64,000 nucleotides of DNA from an uncultured Candidatus Sumerlaeota bacterium (GTDB taxonomy: Bacteria; Sumerlaeota; Sumerlaeia; SLMS01). Shown piece by piece: positions 17,808 to 28,036 of the stretch (its first letter is position 1; every line of letters starts with the position of its first letter). The stretch spans positions 80,444 through 144,443 of the forward strand of contig CAYTGM010000009.1 in NCBI GenBank assembly GCA_964437365.1. The letters run 5' to 3'. A program made the position numbers and the translations under genes. A model generated the notes under the pieces. The model worked only from the letters and a program-made list of their open reading frames with translations, was not told the origin of the DNA and ran no database searches.

Positions 17808-20279
17808 ATGGCATACAGATCCAACAGATTAATATCAATGAACTTATCTTCGGTATTTTGTGCACTGGCGTTCATTCTCACCGTGCCCGGCCTGTGCTAT
17901 TCCCTGCGCGGCGATTCAAACGGTAACGACCAGCTCGACCAAGACGACCTCAGCTTTCTCAAACATCAGATTCTCAGCTTCATTGAGAATGCTTCAACTA
18001 GCGAGATTGCTCAAGATATGAACGGTGATCGATTCCTCGATGCGAGTGATCTCGTCAAGTTCCAGAAAACGACTCCAGCAATCCCAAAAGTTGAATATCC
18101 TTTCCAGGCGCTCAACTTGCCCTACAAAGGAGATGCCATACCGGGCTATATCGATAATGACTCGCTCATAGACTTCTTTGTCGTTGATGATGAGTCAGCA
18201 ACCAATGAGGTACATTTATTCCTGAACCGAAGCGGTGGGGAATTTGAAGAGCTCCCAACCGGGACCAGTATCAAGTCGGGTCCGGAAATCTTTGCCGTAG
18301 AGGCAAACGATGACTCATACACTGATTTATTAACGACTGACGACAGCAGTGGATCATATACTCTCTACTTATCATCAGACATGGGTGTATATGCAAAATC
18401 CTATCTGGACATTGAAGCTGACTCTTCAACCATTCAAACCCGCGATCTAAATGGAGATGGGCTGACTGATCTATTCTCTCAATCGGAGAATTCTATCACC
18501 ATCTACTGTTCTGATAATGGGCAGGCATTTAAGCTCCGGGGGTCTGCTATATTTGAGAATGATCTGAAAGAATTCGATTGGATTGATTTTGATAACGACA
18601 ACGATCAGGACATTATCGTTTACCTGCTCGATGAAGAAAAGATTCGACTATTCAGACAGGAAAGCAATCTCGAGTTTTTCGAGCTGCAGGCATTGGAAGA
18701 CTATCCGAGCGACCTTTCTGATCCATTCCTTCCATTTGAGAATGCGACGGACATTGGTTGGATGAATGTTGGTAAATATAATGATGACGAATTCGAAGAT
18801 ATTTACTACACAACTGAAACATCATCCAGCAGCAGTTGGGTTATTACAACAGAGGGTATATACTTTGGTCAAGGTGATGGGTCATTTGAATTGAGCCGAG
18901 CATCAATCCTGGGTCAGAACGAGCATACAAATCTGGACTTGAACCATGACGGTATAGAAGAAACCCTCATGCTTAACAATGCATTCCTTTCTGGACATGA
19001 ATCTGATTCAACCATTGCATTTCATTTTTTTGATGATTCAACAACCTCGAGAACCTTCCACTTTCCGACTCCAGCGGGGTTTGATGTCAACAAAGTACAG
19101 GCCCTTGACGTAGATGGTGATCAACAGATCGATCTTTATCAGGACCGATGGACTGTGATCAGAAGGAAAGATGAATATTCATTTCATGTACCAGAGAGAC
19201 TGACCCTCTTGAATGATGTCGCATTGAAGAAAGCGGATCGAGCCCCGGGTTACGCAGAGGACCCTGCAAGCATATACCCGAAATACAAGGCGATGGATTT
19301 TAATGGGGATGGATACGAAGATTTTGTGACGGACGTTGATAGTCACGTATCGGTTTTTATCAACGACAAAGAAGGAAACCTCGTACCGGGTTATAATCTG
19401 TCATTTGAAGGGTGTTGTCCGCTCATCAAAACGACCCTCGGCGATATAAATAATGACTCTCTCTATGATGCCGCTGCCATTTTGGGCGACCAGATCCAGG
19501 TATGGTTGTCGAATCCTTCGGGAACACATGGGTTAATCAAAATCCCTATTGAATATACAACTCTCAGTCATCATACAGCACTCGCCGATCTAGATGGCGA
19601 CGGCTTTGACGATTTTGCTCACATCGTTGGAACCAACGCTAAAATCGATATTTATAAAGGAACCCCGAATGGGCTCTCCGAAGAAAAAATAACGATCGAG
19701 AACTCTGATACAACACTGCACTATGTTGGGGCTATTCTTGCAACGGACCTGGATGGCAATGGATTTGAAGATCTATATATACTAACGAGTGACCAATACA
19801 ATTTCTATACAGTCTATCCGCTGGCATTTCTCGGATCAGAACAGATGGGGAACTTCGAGACTGGTATTTTCCCAGACCGTTTCGATCTCTTTGGCCGGTC
19901 TCTGGCAGCCGACTTGAACAACGACAGCTATCCTGATTTTACGACCGGAATTTTCGCTTATTATGGCGAGTTTGCTCTCTCAAACCGCGATGACTCTTAC
20001 CGTGTGATGGACACGGATAAACTCGTCTTAGTTATAGATGACCTTAATGAGGATAACCGGCTTGACACCCTTTCTAAAATCAAACCTGAGGTGATAGAAG
20101 TATCATTGGGCGAAGCAGATGGCAGTTTCACCAGATTATACATCAACAATTTGGCAGGCTTTGCCGATATTGTCCCCATAACGTTGTCACCCGGCGAAAA
20201 GAAATCACTTATTGTATATACCGACTTTCAATATTATCAGTCCGCAGAAGAAGCCTACATCTACCGGCCAATCGAATAA
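17808..20279 (+). CDS. Secreted protein with N-terminal dockerin-like calcium-binding module and multiple FG-GAP/VCBS beta-propeller repeats
   Basis: Signal peptide. DSNGNDQLDQDDLSF...DMNGDRFLDASDL is a dockerin type-I-like pair. Repeated DLNGDG.TD, DFNGDGYEDF, DLDGDGFDDF and DLDGNGFEDL motifs. Confidence 0.65.
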   Translation: MAYRSNRLISMNLSSVFCALAFILTVPGLCYSLRGDSNGNDQLDQDDLSFLKHQILSFIENASTSEIAQDMNGDRFLDASDLVKFQKTTPAIPKVEYPFQALNLPYKGDAIPGYIDNDSLIDFFVVDDESATNEVHLFLNRSGGEFEELPTGTSIKSGPEIFAVEANDDSYTDLLTTDDSSGSYTLYLSSDMGVYAKSYLDIEADSSTIQTRDLNGDGLTDLFSQSENSITIYCSDNGQAFKLRGSAIFENDLKEFDWIDFDNDNDQDIIVYLLDEEKIRLFRQESNLEFFELQALEDYPSDLSDPFLPFENATDIGWMNVGKYNDDEFEDIYYTTETSSSSSWVITTEGIYFGQGDGSFELSRASILGQNEHTNLDLNHDGIEETLMLNNAFLSGHESDSTIAFHFFDDSTTSRTFHFPTPAGFDVNKVQALDVDGDQQIDLYQDRWTVIRRKDEYSFHVPERLTLLNDVALKKADRAPGYAEDPASIYPKYKAMDFNGDGYEDFVTDVDSHVSVFINDKEGNLVPGYNLSFEGCCPLIKTTLGDINNDSLYDAAAILGDQIQVWLSNPSGTHGLIKIPIEYTTLSHHTALADLDGDGFDDFAHIVGTNAKIDIYKGTPNGLSEEKITIENSDTTLHYVGAILATDLDGNGFEDLYILTSDQYNFYTVYPLAFLGSEQMGNFETGIFPDRFDLFGRSLAADLNNDSYPDFTTGIFAYYGEFALSNRDDSYRVMDTDKLVLVIDDLNEDNRLDTLSKIKPEVIEVSLGEADGSFTRLYINNLAGFADIVPITLSPGEKKSLIVYTDFQYYQSAEEAYIYRPIE

Positions 20280-20299
20280 CCGGACAGGGGTGCGACTCT

Positions 20300-20770
20300 T
20301 TATGGCACCTCGCCATTTGCTCTCAGTTTCTTCGTCGCTTCCGGATTCGGTTTAAAGGTGATCTGCATGGCACCATCGTCAAGAATCAGCCTGGAATAGT
20401 TCCCTTCGATCGAGAGCGTCTTCGGGTTGAAGTCTCTCGGTGTGCTTCCAAGGATTCCACCTGCTTCTGTGCTCCCCTGGTTTGGCGAAAGATCGAGATC
20501 GCTTCCGTTTTCCTGCCATGTTCCGGTTTCCATCCCCATCATGGCAATAATTCCCGGCTCAAGGATCAGGTATCTATACGTCCCATCTTCCAGGATCTCC
20601 AGTTGGGCTTTAACGTCGAGAGATCGTCCTCTGATCGTAAACTCACCTTCGCCGAGCCACGCCTGAAGTAGGGTGCGTTCAGAACAACCTGAGAGGAACA
20701 GGGCTGAGAGGATGAATAAGGGTGCGAATAATCCTGTACGAAGCGTTTGAGGTTCTGAAAATCGAATCAT
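20300..20770 (-). CDS. Hypothetical lipoprotein
   Basis: Lipobox LFLSGC after a hydrophobic signal. Length 156 aa. Confidence 0.5.
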   Translation of the reverse strand: MIRFSEPQTLRTGLFAPLFILSALFLSGCSERTLLQAWLGEGEFTIRGRSLDVKAQLEILEDGTYRYLILEPGIIAMMGMETGTWQENGSDLDLSPNQGSTEAGGILGSTPRDFNPKTLSIEGNYSRLILDDGAMQITFKPNPEATKKLRANGEVP

Positions 20771-21338
20771 TTTGGGGTCCTTAGAAAGTGATGTAACTTG
20801 GAAGGTTAGATCAACTATCGATGACTGTCACTCAGTAATTCCATGATGAAACTGTCTTCAACCCACTATTCTCTTTGAGTTAAAGGGGTGCTTAAGCTGG
20901 TTGAGCATAGCGTGACCTGGTGCTGAAACGTTGAATTACAGGGGTTTCGGGAGCGAATCGAACTTCTTCAATAGAGTGGTGGGACCCACTGGCGTTGATT
21001 GTTAATTTCAGGCATCGAAACCGGGGTTGGCTTGATGGTGGGATAATGGGGGGATGATGGAGGGTTGATCACGATCATGCCTCCATTGGGGCAACATTGT
21101 GCCAGCATCGGGTATAACAGAGGCCTGGCGCAGGTCGCCAATGATCCACAGACCCAACTGAACACATCCCTCAGCGCGGTCCACAAGAAACCGTTGAAAC
21201 GGTTGCACACTTGAAATATCTGTATAGACAACCTCGGGTTGAAATTTGAGGCCTGCGGTAGAACCTCACAAGGCTCGGAAAACCGAAACCTCATTTAATA
21301 GTCAGGAGGACGAAAAAAGCTTGAACGGACCAGTTGCT

Positions 21339-22157
21339 TTATTCTCTCGGGGAACTTCTCAACAGGATACTCTTCTCGAAACTCGAGAATCCGAGCATTA
21401 CCATCAGAAGAACGATCAATGCCGTTGGAAGAATGATAGACGTGAAGGCAAGGCTCTTGAGAAACATACTCAGCAAGGCAAAGGCTGCATAGAACCCCGC
21501 AACAAGTACGTCTGATTTCTCGGGTACTCGAGAGCGCCCCAGCAGTAACTCGCCCAGTGTTGTTCCAATCAAGGTCCCCAGCAATGCCCCGCTGACAACT
21601 GTCCCGGGAAACGAATGACGAACCTGAAATACGCCATCTCCAATAAACTCAAGAATAGCTATACCAAGGATAACAAGCGTCATAGCCATGGGGATGAGGC
21701 TCAGTATTTCAAATATAGAGACGATGAGAAAAACCCAGAAGAGTGTGAGTAAGATGCCAAGAAGAGGAGGAAGGCTGAGTGAGCCCATACCGGGTAATCC
21801 CAGATACGTTACCCCGTACCCACCAAGGTAGACAAGAAATCCCCCTAGTAGAGTGGCAATCACATGGCGCTTGCTGCTGGGTCCAACGACATCAGAGCGA
21901 TGAGTCATGAAATAGACCAATGTTGCTCCGATCAGGAGATAACCCAGTCCACCTGAAGGTCCACTGAACTGACCGCTATACCAGCCGGGACCAAGAATAA
22001 AGAGGAGCATATTGGCGACGATCATGGTAATGGCAAAGATCGGGCGAGGGATTCTTTGTCCATGCTCCTCGTTCCCGAAAACATGATCCCGGGTAAAGTC
22101 GAGGACAAATCCAATGAGGAATGCGATGAGAAAAGCATCCAAACCTGGGCTGATCAT
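21339..22157 (-). CDS. Polytopic integral membrane protein, overlapping (ATGA) the upstream double-GT2 gene
   Basis: About 8 hydrophobic helices. No assignable motif. Confidence 0.5.
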   Translation of the reverse strand: MISPGLDAFLIAFLIGFVLDFTRDHVFGNEEHGQRIPRPIFAITMIVANMLLFILGPGWYSGQFSGPSGGLGYLLIGATLVYFMTHRSDVVGPSSKRHVIATLLGGFLVYLGGYGVTYLGLPGMGSLSLPPLLGILLTLFWVFLIVSIFEILSLIPMAMTLVILGIAILEFIGDGVFQVRHSFPGTVVSGALLGTLIGTTLGELLLGRSRVPEKSDVLVAGFYAAFALLSMFLKSLAFTSIILPTALIVLLMVMLGFSSFEKSILLRSSPRE

Positions 22158-23923
22158 GCGGCGCTCCCCCCTTTAGACTCTTTCATCACTTGTATATAGG
22201 CGACTGCCAGTTGAATGAGACAGCGTATCGTGACCACAACGCCCGTGATGGCGTCCATAAACATCAGACTCCGACTGTAATGTTTCTTGTAGAATTTATA
22301 CATGGATTTGTGACGTTCAATGGTCAGCTTCACGCGAACCTTCTTTGTATCTTGTCCTATAAGATGATAGACCTGTGCCATCGGGAGGTAGACAACTTTA
22401 AGTCCCTCTTCCCAGACACGATAACAATAGTCGACATCTTCCGAATACATGAAGTAGCGCTCATCCAGTGGACCGATCTTGTCCAGCACTGACCTGCGGA
22501 AGAGCAGGCATGCGCCACTCACCCAGTCAACTTCCTCTACACGATCATGACGTATATCGGTCATCAAATAGGAGCGTGAGAACGGGTTGTTCGGAAACAG
22601 CTTTGTCAGAAGAGAGTAGCGGTTGAAGAGTGCCTGGCTGAAGCTGGGGAATCGACGACAAGAGAGCTGAAGACTGCCATCTTCATTGAGAAGTTTAAGA
22701 CCAGCAGCACCGACCTCAGGTTTTCGATCAAGAGTCTCGATGGCTATACTGAAGGCTCCGCGTACAACACGTGTGTCATTGTTCAGGAGAACAATATATC
22801 TGCCCGTCGACTTCTCGATACCCTGGTTGTTAGCTTTGGTAAAGCCCATGTTTTCACGGTTTTTCGTGAGAATGACGTCGGGGTATTTTTCTTCAACCAT
22901 TTCTGTCGAACCATCTGTGCTGCCGTTATCAACAACAAGCACTTCAAGCTTGTGGTCAGGCGCGGCAATCTGCAGTGACTCGAGACAGTCGTCCAGCAGC
23001 TGTTTTCCATTAAGATTGATAACGACGACGGAAAGATCCGGGCGTGTCGTATCAGAATCGGCCGGTGCCAGTTTCTGAAAATTTTTCTCCGCGAGCCTCG
23101 CGTTAGGCCTTTGAGGCCAGGTCCAGTTCAATCCCTGATGGCGAACTTTCCACCAGAAACGCACACCACTTTTGAGGTGTTCCCAGGCCATTTTGTTCCA
23201 ACCGCGATCTGATAGACGCTGCACCTTATGGATTATTTTAGCTCTTGGGTTAAAGGCTACCTTCCATCCGGCCGCTTTAGCTCGCCAGCACCAGTCAACA
23301 TCTTCAAATCCAAAGTAATAGCGATCATCAAAGAATCCAACCTGCTGAATAGCTTTCGCGCGCATACAAAAACAAGCGCCAGCCATCCAATCGCCTAGAA
23401 AAGGCCTTTGGTGATTCTTGTCCATCATAAGGTGTCTATACGACCAAGGGTTGTTTGGAAAGAGTTTCTGGAGGGGTGAGCGGCGGACCAGCACCGTCAT
23501 GAAATCGTAGAATCGTTTGACGTTATACTCAAGCTCGCCATTGAGGCGTGTTGTGTGTCCTCCGCATCCACCGACCTCAGGGTACTTATCCATAAAGTCG
23601 ACCAGCGCATCAAGGCATCCTGGAAGCAGCTCGGTATCAGCATCGAGCATCAAGACATAGCGTCCCTTGGCTTTTTCGATCCCCACGTTTCTCATCTCGG
23701 CGATGCCGAATTTCTCGTGAGTAACAAGCTTCACCCATTGATGTTCGTGAAGAATGAGTTCTTCGGTGCCATCACCAGAGGGTTTATTGATGAGCAAAGT
23801 TTCTATACGACAACGATGTTGGTGGTCTCGGATACAGGGGAGTACGCCTTCGAGGTCGGCGCACATACGCCAGTTGATGATGATGATGGAGAGGTCAATT
23901 TGCTCTTTGGAGGACTGATTCAT
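22154..23923 (-). CDS. Two-domain family-2 glycosyltransferase (tandem GT-A domains)
   Basis: Two GT2 starts (LSIIIINWRM..., LSVVVINLNGKQLL...), each followed by D.D and DADTEL-type motifs. Confidence 0.7.
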   Translation of the reverse strand: MNQSSKEQIDLSIIIINWRMCADLEGVLPCIRDHQHRCRIETLLINKPSGDGTEELILHEHQWVKLVTHEKFGIAEMRNVGIEKAKGRYVLMLDADTELLPGCLDALVDFMDKYPEVGGCGGHTTRLNGELEYNVKRFYDFMTVLVRRSPLQKLFPNNPWSYRHLMMDKNHQRPFLGDWMAGACFCMRAKAIQQVGFFDDRYYFGFEDVDWCWRAKAAGWKVAFNPRAKIIHKVQRLSDRGWNKMAWEHLKSGVRFWWKVRHQGLNWTWPQRPNARLAEKNFQKLAPADSDTTRPDLSVVVINLNGKQLLDDCLESLQIAAPDHKLEVLVVDNGSTDGSTEMVEEKYPDVILTKNRENMGFTKANNQGIEKSTGRYIVLLNNDTRVVRGAFSIAIETLDRKPEVGAAGLKLLNEDGSLQLSCRRFPSFSQALFNRYSLLTKLFPNNPFSRSYLMTDIRHDRVEEVDWVSGACLLFRRSVLDKIGPLDERYFMYSEDVDYCYRVWEEGLKVVYLPMAQVYHLIGQDTKKVRVKLTIERHKSMYKFYKKHYSRSLMFMDAITGVVVTIRCLIQLAVAYIQVMKESKGGSAA

Positions 23924-24070
23924 GGTGGGGTTCGTCTGGTTAAGTGTTTTCTATCGTTTGGACTGTCCGTTTACCGGCGTGGGCATAGAATTTGAGACCT
24001 TTATTTCGCTCGCAATGCCACTGGTTGCGATCATCTCGACGTTTTCAAACCACAATGAAGGATACCAATT

Positions 24071-24730
24071 ATGGCTGGAAAAGAAAGCCCACTGCTGACG
24101 ATTGAGCCAACCGAAAAAGGACAACGGTCACATAATCGTTTGGCCGAGCGCTTTAAAGTTTCCTCTCTGCCATCTGGCTTCGAGGTTCTGAAGGGTTCGG
24201 AGTGCGGAATCAACGATCTTTATATGAACCTGAACAGACTCATGGCCGATGGCAAACTTGAAGAGAAAGTGAAGCTGCTGGTTGCTGTGGGGGTAGCCTC
24301 ATCCGTTGGAGGCCACGAGGCGACAGACTTCTTTGCGAAAGCAGCCATCGAGACAGGCCGCACAGCCCAGGAAACTCTTGATGCGGTCTCAGTAGCCTCT
24401 GTTTGCAGTGTCTTCAATGGCTACTACCGTTTCAAACATCAGCTGCCAGAGAGTGAAAAGGCGGCGTACGAAGCCTTCAAAGCACCGTTCAATGCGAACA
24501 CTTTTATGAGATCTTCGCTCAGCTCGCTGGAGGTTGAGGCGATCTGCATTGCCGTATCATCTGTGAACAATTGCGAGCTGTGCGTGGAAGGTCATCTGAA
24601 TAAAGGCAAGAGTCTTGGGCTCACAGAGGAGCAGATCGACGAGATCATCAAGACCGGCGCTGTTGCAGGTGCTGTCGCACAAATGACAGCTTCCCTTGGC
24701 GCAGGCTCTGCTCTGTCCGCGGAGGGATAA
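24071..24730 (+). CDS. Carboxymuconolactone decarboxylase/AhpD-like peroxidase-family protein
   Basis: CELCVEGH (CxxC..H) matches the AhpD-like core. Located directly upstream of a peroxiredoxin. Confidence 0.55.
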   Translation: MAGKESPLLTIEPTEKGQRSHNRLAERFKVSSLPSGFEVLKGSECGINDLYMNLNRLMADGKLEEKVKLLVAVGVASSVGGHEATDFFAKAAIETGRTAQETLDAVSVASVCSVFNGYYRFKHQLPESEKAAYEAFKAPFNANTFMRSSLSSLEVEAICIAVSSVNNCELCVEGHLNKGKSLGLTEEQIDEIIKTGAVAGAVAQMTASLGAGSALSAEG

Positions 24731-24840
24731 GTTTTTCAAGGAACCGAAGAGCGTTTCGTTTCCAAATGAAACAGTCAACTTTCACAGCTGAGTCTCTCAG
24801 CACACTACACATATAGATGATTAAGGAAAGGATCAGGCAA

Positions 24841-25368
24841 ATGATTCAAGTAGGACAAAAATGCCCCGATTTTGAAATCGGAGCTCTCAAAGGCGAAGAT
24901 GTAAATGCAACTGTGAAGCTGAGCGATTATGAAGGTAAGTGGCTGGTGATGTACTTCTACCCGCTCGACTTCACATTCGTTTGCCCCACAGAGATCAAGG
25001 CTTTCAGCGATGCAGTACCAGACTTTGAAGATCGCGATTGTGAGGTTATTGGTGGATCGTGCGACAGTGCCTTCTCACACCTTGGCTGGACACAGGCGAA
25101 GGATGAACTCAAAGATCTTAAGCACCCACTCTTCGCTGATTATAAGAAAGAACTTTCAAGTGCTCTGGGAATTCTGGATCATGAGAAGGGCGTTTCTCAG
25201 CGCGCGACTTTCATTATCGATCCTGATGGCATCGTTCGTTTCGTATATGTAACTGACCTGAACGTTGGTCGCAGTCCGGAGGAAGTAATTCGCGTTCTGG
25301 ATGCTCTGCAGACTGATGAGCTCTGTCCGTGTAACTGGAAAAAAGGTGAAGAAACACTTCAGGTCTAG
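24841..25368 (+). CDS. Peroxiredoxin (AhpC/TSA family). ATG at 24841 is preceded by AAGGAAAGGA; an in-frame ATG at 24817 is the alternative.
   Basis: FYPLDFTFVCPTEI peroxidatic Cys motif. Resolving Cys candidate is ELCPC near the C-terminus. Confidence 0.85.
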   Translation: MIQVGQKCPDFEIGALKGEDVNATVKLSDYEGKWLVMYFYPLDFTFVCPTEIKAFSDAVPDFEDRDCEVIGGSCDSAFSHLGWTQAKDELKDLKHPLFADYKKELSSALGILDHEKGVSQRATFIIDPDGIVRFVYVTDLNVGRSPEEVIRVLDALQTDELCPCNWKKGEETLQV

Positions 25369-25396
25369 TGTGTTTCTGAGATAAATAGCTGATCGA

Positions 25397-25430
25397 GCGG
25401 TCTGGGTCGCTGGCCCGGGCCGCTTCTGTT
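25397..25430 (+). terminator. Putative intrinsic terminator after the peroxiredoxin gene
   Basis: GC-rich inverted repeat (GCGG...GGCCCGGGCC...CCGC) followed by TTCTGTTT. Confidence 0.35.
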
Positions 25431-25681
25431 TAATGGGCCCTGGAGTTTCAGGAGGCGAAACTTGTTGAGTGCGAGAACGTGGCAAATCTGGCGTGTGCTC
25501 ACCTGTCCTGAAAGAAAGTCAGGTGAAATCCCCTTTTTCGCTTGATGGCTGACCGGGTGGCCGACTTAATTCTCGGCCCTTTCTGGTCGAATTGTCTAAA
25601 AGCAGGTCGACCTCGAAAATCATCGGAACCCCAACTCATTCGATGCAATATCGATGAGTTCAAAGATAAAGGAGCATTTCC

Positions 25682-27184
25682 GTGGCGGAGAACGCTGAGA
25701 AGAAAAAAGCTGGTGGCGATGGCGCTACCCTTCAAGCTGTGCTTGATAAAAAGTCTGAAGAGATTGGATATGAGGTTCTTGAAGAAGAATCCATGTCTGG
25801 GTCTCGCGTCCGAGCAAAGCTCAAGATCGCTGATGCGGACTTCGAAGGACGTCTGAAAGAAACTCTAAAAGAGTTTACACGTCAGATTCGTCTTCCTGGA
25901 TTCCGTCCTGGAAAAGCCCCTGTACAGCTTGTTCGTAAGAACTATGAGAAGGAAGCACGTGAAGAAACGATCAAGCGTATGGTTGATCGCCTCACAGACC
26001 TCTATTCAGAGAGCAAAGGTTACGATCGCCTCTCTCCTCCTTACCTTCTTGACTCGAAGAGTTCAAAAGATGAAGGCACCACGGTTGAGATCGCTTTCGA
26101 AGTTCGTCCGGAGATTAACGTTTCCGACGATACTGTCAAAGACCTGAAAATCAATGTCCACAAGATCCCTGTAAACGACGATTACCTGAACAAGGCTCTC
26201 GAGAATCTTCGTGATCGCTCTGCGACCTACGAGCCAACCGAAGACCCTTACTCAGCAGGTGATGGCATCACCTTCGACTGTACGGTTCGCACAGAGAATG
26301 GTGAAGTGATTCCTGAAAGAAGCGTTACAGGTTACTACACGCAGAAGCTCACCGAAGAAGTTCCCGAAGAAGTTGCAGCTGCAATGGTCGGGAAAAAGAA
26401 AGGTGAGGAGTTTGAACTCACGCTGGACGAAGAAAACGAGTTTAAACCAGGAACAACGGAAAAAGTTTTCTATGAAGTAACCGTTCATGAAGTGAAGAAG
26501 AAGAACCTTCCAGAGCTTGACGATGAATTCGCTAAAGATGTCAGCGAAGATCTTGATACCCTCGATGATCTCAAGAAAAAGATTCAGGAAGACCTTGGAA
26601 CTCAGGAAGAAAACCGTAAGCGTGAAGAAGCACTTAACGAAGTCTTCTCACTCCTTCGGGACCGCCTCGAGTTTGACCTTCCGAAAGCTCTTGTTGATGA
26701 AACAACCAACCGCTCAATCGGCGATATGGAGAAGCGTCTCAATCAGTATGGAACCTCTCTGAAGCATCTCGACCAGAGTCTGGTTAAGAGCTATGCAGCC
26801 AGCATGCGCGAGCAGGCGAAGATCAACGTGAAGAACTCTCTTATCCTTAAGCGACTTTCAGAGTTCTGGGATGTCTCCCCAACGGAAGAGCAGATCAACG
26901 AGCACCTGGAGAAAATTGCCAACGATATGGGACGCAAGCCGCTGGCAGTCAGAGCTCAGCTTGAAGCGCGCAAGCAGTGGGATCAGTTCGTGGAAGATCT
27001 CAGCATGAAACTAACGAACGACGTTCTCCTCGAAAAAGCAGAAATGAAAGAAACAGAAACAACGATCGAGAAGTACGAAGAGATTCAGCAGAAGCGGCAG
27101 GAAGAGCAGGCCGCGAAATTGCGAGGTGAGAAGGTTGCCGAGGCCACTGAAGAGGCGCCCGACAGCGATAAGCCTGAAGCGTAA
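25682..27184 (+). CDS. tig: Trigger factor (GTG start 9 nt after AAGGAG)
   Basis: Ribosome-binding signature region RLPGFRPGKAPVQLV. Length and position immediately upstream of clpP. C-terminal acidic/K-rich tail. Confidence 0.8.
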   Translation: MAENAEKKKAGGDGATLQAVLDKKSEEIGYEVLEEESMSGSRVRAKLKIADADFEGRLKETLKEFTRQIRLPGFRPGKAPVQLVRKNYEKEAREETIKRMVDRLTDLYSESKGYDRLSPPYLLDSKSSKDEGTTVEIAFEVRPEINVSDDTVKDLKINVHKIPVNDDYLNKALENLRDRSATYEPTEDPYSAGDGITFDCTVRTENGEVIPERSVTGYYTQKLTEEVPEEVAAAMVGKKKGEEFELTLDEENEFKPGTTEKVFYEVTVHEVKKKNLPELDDEFAKDVSEDLDTLDDLKKKIQEDLGTQEENRKREEALNEVFSLLRDRLEFDLPKALVDETTNRSIGDMEKRLNQYGTSLKHLDQSLVKSYAASMREQAKINVKNSLILKRLSEFWDVSPTEEQINEHLEKIANDMGRKPLAVRAQLEARKQWDQFVEDLSMKLTNDVLLEKAEMKETETTIEKYEEIQQKRQEEQAAKLRGEKVAEATEEAPDSDKPEA

Positions 27185-27203
27185 GTTTCAATCAGCTTTA
27201 ACC

Positions 27204-27233
27204 GGGGCTCCATTCAGGAGCCCCATTTTTTTT
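27204..27233 (+). terminator. Rho-independent terminator between tig and clpP
   Basis: GGGGCTCC-attca-GGAGCCCC followed by a T8 run. Confidence 0.7.
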
Positions 27234-27267
27234 CCTGACGTTCAAGAACCCTCTTAAGGACTTCACT

Positions 27268-28005
27268 ATGACAGAACGTTCAAAACTTCCTCAGCCGTTG
27301 CTTCGTGATCTACACGAGCAGGAAGAACGTGCACGGGATCTCGGCCTCGTTTCAGCACAAACCCCGATGGCGAATGACGATGACTGGAACTACTACATCA
27401 TCCCAACACCGCGTATCATCGAGCAGACTGAACGAGGAAGCGAGACCTACGATCTATATTCAAGGCTTCTCAAAGATCGCATTATCTTTCTGGGTCGCGA
27501 TATCGACGATCGAGTTGCTAACCTGATCACGGCTCAGCTTCTCTTCCTGGAGACTCAGGACCCCGACAAAGAAATCAGCTTTTATATAAACTCACCCGGA
27601 GGTGTCATCTCAGCCGGGATGGGGATATACGACACGATGCAGCTTGTTAAGTGCGACGTTTCCACCATGTGTATAGGTCAGGCCGCAAGCATGGGGTCGT
27701 TGCTCCTGCTGGCAGGAGCCCACGGCAAGCGTGCTTCTCTTCCTCACTCGCGTATTATGATTCACCAGCCTTTGGGTGGAGCCCAGGGCCAGGTAAGTGA
27801 TCTTATTATTCAATATGATGAGATGATGCGCGTTCGAAATATGGTCTATGATGTGATTGTCAAACATACGAGCCACTCCTTCGACGAAGTTGTTGAAGCA
27901 TGTGACCGAGATCACTTCATGTCTCCCCAGGAAGCGAAAGACTGGGGCATCATCGATAAGATTATAGACACCGTATCAGATAAGAAAAACGAGAAGAAGA
28001 AATAA
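27268..28005 (+). CDS. clpP: ATP-dependent Clp protease proteolytic subunit, paralog 1, with ~40-aa N-terminal extension (internal start near MANDDD is possible)
   Basis: Ser/His/Asp triad context [19 protein letters not shown] and DRDHFMS. Has the ClpP core [13 protein letters not shown]. Confidence 0.85.
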   Translation: MTERSKLPQPLLRDLHEQEERARDLGLVSAQTPMANDDDWNYYIIPTPRIIEQTERGSETYDLYSRLLKDRIIFLGRDIDDRVANLITAQLLFLETQDPDKEISFYINSPGGVISAGMGIYDTMQLVKCDVSTMCIGQAASMGSLLLLAGAHGKRASLPHSRIMIHQPLGGAQGQVSDLIIQYDEMMRVRNMVYDVIVKHTSHSFDEVVEACDRDHFMSPQEAKDWGIIDKIIDTVSDKKNEKKK

Positions 28006-28036
28006 CAGAACGGAATATAGCCTTTTAGGCAGGAGA

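Noticed and set aside
20288-20312. TGGCAC...TTTGC resembling a sigma-54 -24/-12 promoter
   Set aside because: Spacing between GG and GC elements is two nt too long (TGGCAC-N7-TTTGC). The site points into the 3' end of a convergent gene pair, not toward a gene start.
20930-21000. tRNA-like T-arm resemblance (GTTCGATTCGC on the minus strand) in the 570-bp intergenic region
   Set aside because: Attempted folding does not give a cloverleaf. There is no complementary T-stem, no acceptor stem pairing and no anticodon arm. It is most likely chance similarity.
21180-21205. AACCGTT-gaa-AACGGTT 7-bp hairpin
   Set aside because: Short stem without a flanking U-tract on either strand. It could be a weak terminator for the upstream minus-strand gene, but evidence is insufficient to call a feature.
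23555-23995. 146-aa + strand ORF overlapping the 5' part of the double-GT2 gene
   Set aside because: Antisense to a strongly supported GT2 coding region. No motifs. A shadow ORF.
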